Source: Acidobacteriota bacterium (lineage in GTDB: Bacteria > Acidobacteriota > UBA4820 > DSQY01). From it: a stretch of DNA of 64,000 bases. Of this stretch, positions 59,330 through 64,000 are shown piece by piece; the stretch's first letter is position 1; every line of letters starts with the position of its first letter. Under the pieces are notes generated by a model. The model was given only the letters and a program-made list of their open reading frames with translations, made no database searches and was not told where the DNA came from. The DNA lies in contig JAKAKG010000132.1 in assembly GCA_021813555.1 (NCBI GenBank), positions 13 through 64,012 of the forward strand, read 5' to 3'. The translations under genes were made by a program, and so were the position numbers.

Positions 59330-61786
59330 ATGAGCCGACGAACGACCCTGCTCCTGGGCACTCTGATGTTCCTCTCCCTCGCCGCGGCTCCCGCCGCTCA
59401 GGCTCCGGCCGCGGCACCGGCACCGCCGCAGCAGGCTCCGGCCGCGGCTCCGGCACCGCCTCAGCAGGCCCCGGCTCCGGCCGAGGGCGTGCCACCGGCC
59501 CCGCCCGCCGCACCCGCCGCCGCACCGGCGGCGCAGGGCTCCGTGAAAATCGAGAAGATCCTCCTCGAAGGCAACGACCGGCTCACGCAGGACGCCTTCC
59601 TGGCCCTCACGAGCGTTCGGCCCGGCGAGGTGTACAGCGAGGCGCGCCTCCGGCAGGAGTTCAACAAGATCTGGGCTTCGGGGCTCCTGGAGGACCTGAG
59701 CATCGACGTGACGGACGGCAAGGAGGGCAAGATCGTCACCTTCCATATCAAGGAGCGCCCCATCGTGGCCTCCGTGGAGTTCACGGGCAGCAAGGCCCTC
59801 ACGAGCAGCACGATCCTGGACAAGCTCAAGGAGAACAGCGCGGACATCAAAACGGGGACGGTCCTGGATTACACCAAGCTCAAGAAAACGGAGGCTGCCC
59901 TGCGCTTCATGGCCGCCGAGAAGGGCTTCCCGGACGCGGTGGTGACCTCGAAGGTCCAGACCATGGGCCGCTCTCAGGTGGCCCTGGTCTTCAACATCCA
60001 GGAGGGCCCCAAGGCCCGCATCGACAAGGTGAAGTTCCTCAACGAGAAGGCCTTCAGCCAGATCAAGCTCCGTTACACCATGAAAAAGACCCGGCCTCAC
60101 TGGTTTCTCTCCTGGATCACCCGCCACGACATCTACTCCGAGGGCCGATACTACGAGGACATCAAGGCCGTGCGCGAACTCTTCGAATCGCACGGGTACC
60201 TGGATGTGGACATAGGCGACCCCATCATCGACAGCCGGTTCAACGCCAAGCACACGAAGAAGTGGCTCACCCTCTCCATCCCCATCAACGAAGGGGTCTC
60301 CTACAAGCTCGGCACGGTGGGATTCGAGGGCAACCACGTGTTCACGGACGCGGAGCTGAAGAAGCTCTTCTTTCTGAAAGAGGGCAAAGTCCTGGATAAG
60401 GTGGGCCTGGGCTTCATCATCAAGAGCATCGAGGCGAAGTACGGCGAGAAGGGGTACATTTACGCTACGGCCACCCCCATCTTCGACAAGCACCCTGACA
60501 CGGGTATCTGCAACGTGTCCCTGTCCATCACCGAGGACCAGGTCTACTTCGTCAACCGGATCGAGTTTTTGGGCAACACCCAGACCCGGGACTACGTTCT
60601 GCGGCGCGAGATGCGCGTGTACGAGCAGGAAGTCTTCAATTACGTCCTCTACCAGCGCGGCCTTTACCGGCTCAAGCAGACGGGCCTCTTCGACATCAAG
60701 GAAGATCCGGGCATCGTCAAGGTTCCCAACACGAACACCGTAAACGTGTCCGTCAAGGGGAGCGAAGCCAACAAGAACGAGCTCCTCTTCGGAGGCGGCT
60801 ACGGCGGCGTCAACGGCTTCTTCGTGTCGGGCTCCTTCAGGACCTACAACTTCCTGGGCATGGGGACGACCCTCTCCCTCAACGCGGACGTGGGGGCCTA
60901 CCAGAAGCTCTACTCCATCAACTACAGCGATCCGTGGCTTTTCGGCAAGCGCATCGGCGGTTCCTTCTCCGTGTTCAACCAGACCCTCAACTATCTCCAG
61001 TTCGACACGAAGTCCACGGGCGGGTCCCTGGCCGTGAGCTTCCCCATCGGAGATTTTGGAAGCTGGAGCGTGGGCTATCGCCACTCGAAGGACTCGGTCA
61101 GCAACTTCACCGGGACCACCTTCAACTCGTACTATTCCCCCTACCTCAACAACTCGGTGACGTCGGCCTTTTTCGGCGGCGTGGGTTACAACACCGTCAA
61201 CAACCCGTTCCGGCCGTTCCAAGGCATGAACCTCGCCCTCAACGTGCTCGTGGCCGGAGGGTTCCTGGGCGGACAGAACTACTACTACAAGCCCAACTTC
61301 GACGGGTCCATCTTCCTCCCCACCTTCAAGAAGCAGAACCTGGCCTTCCACTTGAGCGCGGCCTATCTGAAGGGCTACTCAGGCCACGACATTCCCATCT
61401 GGGAGCGGTTCTTCCTGGGCGGTGAGGATTCGCTTCGCGGCTTCGGCGTTCGGTCCATCTACCCCCTCACGAAGGACGGACGGTATTTCATCGACCCCAC
61501 CACCCAGACCATCGAGGGCGGCAACCGCTTCTACCTGCTCAACAGCGAATACGTCTTCCACGTGGTGGAGCAGGTGGATTTGGCCCTTTTCCTGGACGTG
61601 GGCAACACCTACAACGAGCGCCAGAAGTTCGAGCTTTCCAACTACCGCGCCGACGCCGGGCTTGAGGTCCGCTTCTTCATCCCCACGTTCAACGTGCCCC
61701 TGCGGCTCATCTACTCGAACAATCTGAAGCGGCGGGCGGGCGACGATTTCAGCAACTTCCAGTTCTCCATCGGTCTCACGTTCTAG
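59330..61786 (+). CDS. bamA: Outer membrane protein assembly factor BamA (POTRA x5 + Omp85 barrel) with N-terminal Ala/Pro-rich linker
   Basis: 818 aa. Signal peptide. Terminal F of the beta-barrel signature. Confidence 0.9.
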   Translation: MSRRTTLLLGTLMFLSLAAAPAAQAPAAAPAPPQQAPAAAPAPPQQAPAPAEGVPPAPPAAPAAAPAAQGSVKIEKILLEGNDRLTQDAFLALTSVRPGEVYSEARLRQEFNKIWASGLLEDLSIDVTDGKEGKIVTFHIKERPIVASVEFTGSKALTSSTILDKLKENSADIKTGTVLDYTKLKKTEAALRFMAAEKGFPDAVVTSKVQTMGRSQVALVFNIQEGPKARIDKVKFLNEKAFSQIKLRYTMKKTRPHWFLSWITRHDIYSEGRYYEDIKAVRELFESHGYLDVDIGDPIIDSRFNAKHTKKWLTLSIPINEGVSYKLGTVGFEGNHVFTDAELKKLFFLKEGKVLDKVGLGFIIKSIEAKYGEKGYIYATATPIFDKHPDTGICNVSLSITEDQVYFVNRIEFLGNTQTRDYVLRREMRVYEQEVFNYVLYQRGLYRLKQTGLFDIKEDPGIVKVPNTNTVNVSVKGSEANKNELLFGGGYGGVNGFFVSGSFRTYNFLGMGTTLSLNADVGAYQKLYSINYSDPWLFGKRIGGSFSVFNQTLNYLQFDTKSTGGSLAVSFPIGDFGSWSVGYRHSKDSVSNFTGTTFNSYYSPYLNNSVTSAFFGGVGYNTVNNPFRPFQGMNLALNVLVAGGFLGGQNYYYKPNFDGSIFLPTFKKQNLAFHLSAAYLKGYSGHDIPIWERFFLGGEDSLRGFGVRSIYPLTKDGRYFIDPTTQTIEGGNRFYLLNSEYVFHVVEQVDLALFLDVGNTYNERQKFELSNYRADAGLEVRFFIPTFNVPLRLIYSNNLKRRAGDDFSNFQFSIGLTF
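59399..59464 (+). repeat. Two tandem 33-bp units inside bamA encoding QAPAAAPAPPQ twice (Ala/Pro-rich linker after the signal peptide)
   Basis: CAGGCTCCGGCCGCGGCACCGGCACCGCCGCAG / CAGGCTCCGGCCGCGGCTCCGGCACCGCCTCAG. Confidence 0.8.
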
Positions 61787-61807
61787 GTTCTCACGGAGGA
61801 ATCAGTC

Positions 61808-62326
61808 ATGCGGAATTGGGCCATACTCGCCATCGCCACCACCCTCACCCTCGTCACGGCCGGCGCGTTCGCCCAGGCCACGACCACCAAGATCGCGGTC
61901 CTGGACACCATGAAGGTGGCCAACGAGAGCAAGGAGGGCAAAAGGATCCAGGCGGCCCTCAAGGACTACCACGACAAAAAGCAGGCCGAGATCACCGCCA
62001 AGGAGGCCGATCTCAAGGCCCTGGAGGACAAGAGCAAGGACCCGAAGATCAGCGACGAAAAAAAGGACGAACTGCGCAACCAGTTCACCCAGAAGATGTA
62101 CGAGTACCAGGCCTTCGCCAAGGCCGCGCAAGACGAGATGGAGACCCGCAGCCAGAAAATGCAGGCGGACTTCCAGCAGAAGCTCGCGGGGGTGATCGCC
62201 AAGTACGCGCAGAGCAAGGGCATCGCCATGGTCGTCGAGAAGGGCATCTGCCTGTTCAACGCCGACTCCCTTGAGATCACCGCCGACGTCATCGCCGAAA
62301 TGAACAAGGCGTACCCCGGCACCTGA
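61808..62326 (+). CDS. skp: OmpH/Skp family periplasmic chaperone
   Basis: 172 aa, signal peptide, Lys/Glu-rich coiled coil. Sits at the conserved bamA-skp-lpxD position. Confidence 0.8.
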   Translation: MRNWAILAIATTLTLVTAGAFAQATTTKIAVLDTMKVANESKEGKRIQAALKDYHDKKQAEITAKEADLKALEDKSKDPKISDEKKDELRNQFTQKMYEYQAFAKAAQDEMETRSQKMQADFQQKLAGVIAKYAQSKGIAMVVEKGICLFNADSLEITADVIAEMNKAYPGT

Positions 62327-62331
62327 TACCC

Positions 62332-63357
62332 ATGAAGGCGTCCGAGGTCGCCGCCCTAGTGGGCGCCCGCATCGAGGGGGACCCCGCCGTGGAGCTTCGC
62401 GGCGTGGCCCCCCTTGACCGCGCCACGGGGAGCGACGTCTCCTTCCTCTCCAATCCAAAGTACCGGGATGCGGCGAAAAGCAGCGCGGCGGGTGCCATCC
62501 TGGCCGCCTCGGCGGAAAATCTGCCGGGACGTACCGTGCTGGTGTGCGCCAATCCTTACGCGGCATTCGCCCGCGTCCTAGACCGCTTTTATCCCGCTCG
62601 CCGCGCAGCACCGGGAGTTCACCCCTCGGCGGTCCTTGAAAGGGGCGCCCGGGTGTCGTCGGGGGCCTGCGTGGGCCCCTGCGCGGTCATCGGAGAGGAC
62701 GCGGTCGTGGGGGACGGAACCCAGGTGGATGCGGGGTGCGTGGTGGGCCGGAACTGCCGGCTCGGACAAGATTGCCACCTCTTTCCCCGGGTGGTTCTGT
62801 ACGACGACACCGTGCTGGGCGACCGCGTCATTCTGCATGCCGGCGTGGTCCTGGGATCCGACGGGTTTGGCTATGCCCAGGAAGGAGGCCGGCACATCAA
62901 GATCCCCCAGGTGGGGCGGGTCGTCGTCGAGGACGACGTGGAGATCGGAGCCAATACGGCGGTGGACCGTGGCGCCCTGGAGGAGACCCGCATCGGAGCG
63001 GGCACCAAGATCGACAACCTGGTCCAGGTGGCCCACAACGTTCAGGTGGGCCCCGGGTGCCTTCTCGTGGCCCAGAGCGGGATCAGCGGAAGCACGCGCC
63101 TGGGCCACCACGTGATCTTCGCGGGCCAGTCGGGCGCCGTGGGGCACATTCACGTGGGGGACGGCGCGAAAGTGGGAGCCAAGTCGGCGGTCACCCGCGA
63201 CGTGCCGGCGGGCGCCTTCGTCACGGGCCATCCGGCCCAGGACCACCGGCGCTGGCTCAAGGAGCGCGCGCTCTCCGGCCGCCTGGAGGAGTTTTTCCAG
63301 CGGGTCAAGCGGCTGGAGGCAATGGCCAAGGGCAAGAAGGAGGACGAACCCGCATGA
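62332..63357 (+). CDS. lpxD: UDP-3-O-acylglucosamine N-acyltransferase
   Basis: 341 aa, left-handed beta-helix hexapeptide repeats. Confidence 0.9.
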   Translation: MKASEVAALVGARIEGDPAVELRGVAPLDRATGSDVSFLSNPKYRDAAKSSAAGAILAASAENLPGRTVLVCANPYAAFARVLDRFYPARRAAPGVHPSAVLERGARVSSGACVGPCAVIGEDAVVGDGTQVDAGCVVGRNCRLGQDCHLFPRVVLYDDTVLGDRVILHAGVVLGSDGFGYAQEGGRHIKIPQVGRVVVEDDVEIGANTAVDRGALEETRIGAGTKIDNLVQVAHNVQVGPGCLLVAQSGISGSTRLGHHVIFAGQSGAVGHIHVGDGAKVGAKSAVTRDVPAGAFVTGHPAQDHRRWLKERALSGRLEEFFQRVKRLEAMAKGKKEDEPA

Positions 63358-63785
63358 TGGACGTCACGGAGATCCAGGGCATCCTGCCGCACCGCTATCC
63401 CTTCCTTCTCGTGGACCGGATCCTCGAAATGGAGCCGGGCAAGCGCATCGTCGGCATCAAAAACGTGACGGTGAACGAGGAGTTCTTCCTCGGCCACTTC
63501 CCGGGAAAGCCCGTCATGCCGGGCGTCCTCATCATCGAGGCCATGGCCCAAGTGGGGGGCGTCCTTCTCCTCAAGGACGTGGAAGACCGGCAGAACAAGC
63601 TGGTCTACTTCATGGGCATCGATGAGGCCCGCTTTCGAAAGCCCGTGGTCCCGGGCGACCAGATCAGGTTCGAGCTGGAGGTGCTCCGGAAAAAGGCCTC
63701 CACATGCAAACTCCAGGGCAAGGCCTTCGTGGATGGCACGCTGGTGGCGGAAGCGGTCATCATGTCGGCCATGGTTGAGAGATGA
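63354..63785 (+). CDS. fabZ: 3-hydroxyacyl-ACP dehydratase FabZ
   Basis: 143 aa from ATG 63354 (overlaps the lpxD stop, ATGA). HRYPFLLVD...[16 protein letters not shown] hot-dog motif. Confidence 0.9.
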   Translation: MMDVTEIQGILPHRYPFLLVDRILEMEPGKRIVGIKNVTVNEEFFLGHFPGKPVMPGVLIIEAMAQVGGVLLLKDVEDRQNKLVYFMGIDEARFRKPVVPGDQIRFELEVLRKKASTCKLQGKAFVDGTLVAEAVIMSAMVER

Positions 63786-63792
63786 GGCGTGA

Positions 63793-64000
63793 CATGGTAA
63801 GCATTCACCCCGCGGCGGTGGTGGACCCGGCCGCCAAGATCGGTGAAGGGACCACCATCGGGCCCTTCAGCTACATCGGCCCCGAGGTGACCCTGGGAGA
63901 AGGGTGCCACGTGGGCCCCAACTGCGTGATCCACGGCAAAGTCTCCATGGGGAAAGGCAACACCCTGGTCTCCCAGGCCGCCATCGGCGGCCCGCCCCAG
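63793..64000 (+). CDS. lpxA: Acyl-ACP--UDP-N-acetylglucosamine O-acyltransferase, 5' end (runs off the window)
   Basis: Not in the ORF track because there is no stop in the window. MVSIHPAAVVDPAAKIGEGTTIGPFSYIGPEVTLGEGCHVGPNCVIHG is an LpxA N-terminal hexapeptide-repeat sequence. An alternative ATG sits at 63781. Confidence 0.85.

Noticed and set aside
59117-61351. 744-aa minus-strand ORF
   Set aside because: Antisense to bamA.

Overview
This is a high-GC (about 65-70%) bacterial chromosomal window, densely packed with roughly 55 protein-coding genes. I found no rRNA or tRNA genes, no CRISPR array and no obvious mobile element. The ORF track lists only complete ORFs, so I read the two edge-truncated genes, dnaE and lpxA, directly from the sequence. 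In GC-rich DNA the longest ORFs in the track are often antisense artefacts, so I re-derived real starts from RBS positions and N-terminal homology.

Gene order, strand in brackets: dnaE 5' end (-), guaA (-), dusB-like (-), S4 RNA-binding protein (-), SurA-like parvulin PPIase (-), SurA_N-like lipoprotein (-), mfd (-), RfaE-domain-II nucleotidyltransferase (-), LivJ-type substrate-binding protein (-), sulfatase-TPR fusion (+), a minus-strand cluster of unknowns (PH-domain membrane protein, 165-aa hypothetical, DUF4404, His-rich 58-aa ORF), lpxB (+), rpmB (-), metH (+), fused homocysteine-methyltransferase/MTHFR (+), a minus-strand cluster (V4R-domain protein, TauE/SafE half-size, YaiI, TspO, small ferritin-like protein, SAM methyltransferase, TsaA/TrmO, small membrane protein), gpsA (-), plsY (-), thpR (-), wHTH hypothetical (+), MBL hydrolase (+), SDR (+), Smr (-), carA (-), 610-aa hypothetical (+), PEBP/YbhB lipoprotein (-), dsbD (-), pta (+), ackA (+), a 1372-aa sigma-54 activator (-), rsgA (-), NfnA/SudB-like (+), NfnB/GltD-like (+), GXGXG-domain protein (+), secreted hypothetical (+), NtrC-type response regulator (+), degP/htrA (+), lysS with a TTG start (+), lolC/E (+), lolD (+), clpC (+), bamA (+), skp (+), lpxD (+), fabZ (+), lpxA 5' end (+).

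The most unusual sequence-level signal is a family of short tandem heptamer (occasionally octamer) arrays. Units include ACTTTTC/GTGAAAA, GCGTCTC/CGAGACG, CGAATTC, GCAATAG/CCTATTG, GTGAGTAG/CCTACTC and GGGGAGC/GCTCCCC. They sit in at least 11 intergenic or gene-end positions. Several occur as inverted pairs able to form long hairpins, and one inverted pair brackets a 7.3-kb segment. They resemble cyanobacterial STRR elements but occur in a high-GC, non-cyanobacterial background. I could not identify a canonical defence or other named novel system. The candidates worth follow-up are the repeat family, the His-rich/DUF4404 cluster, the 610-aa orphan protein, the giant sigma-54 activator and the NfnAB-plus-GXGXG trio.
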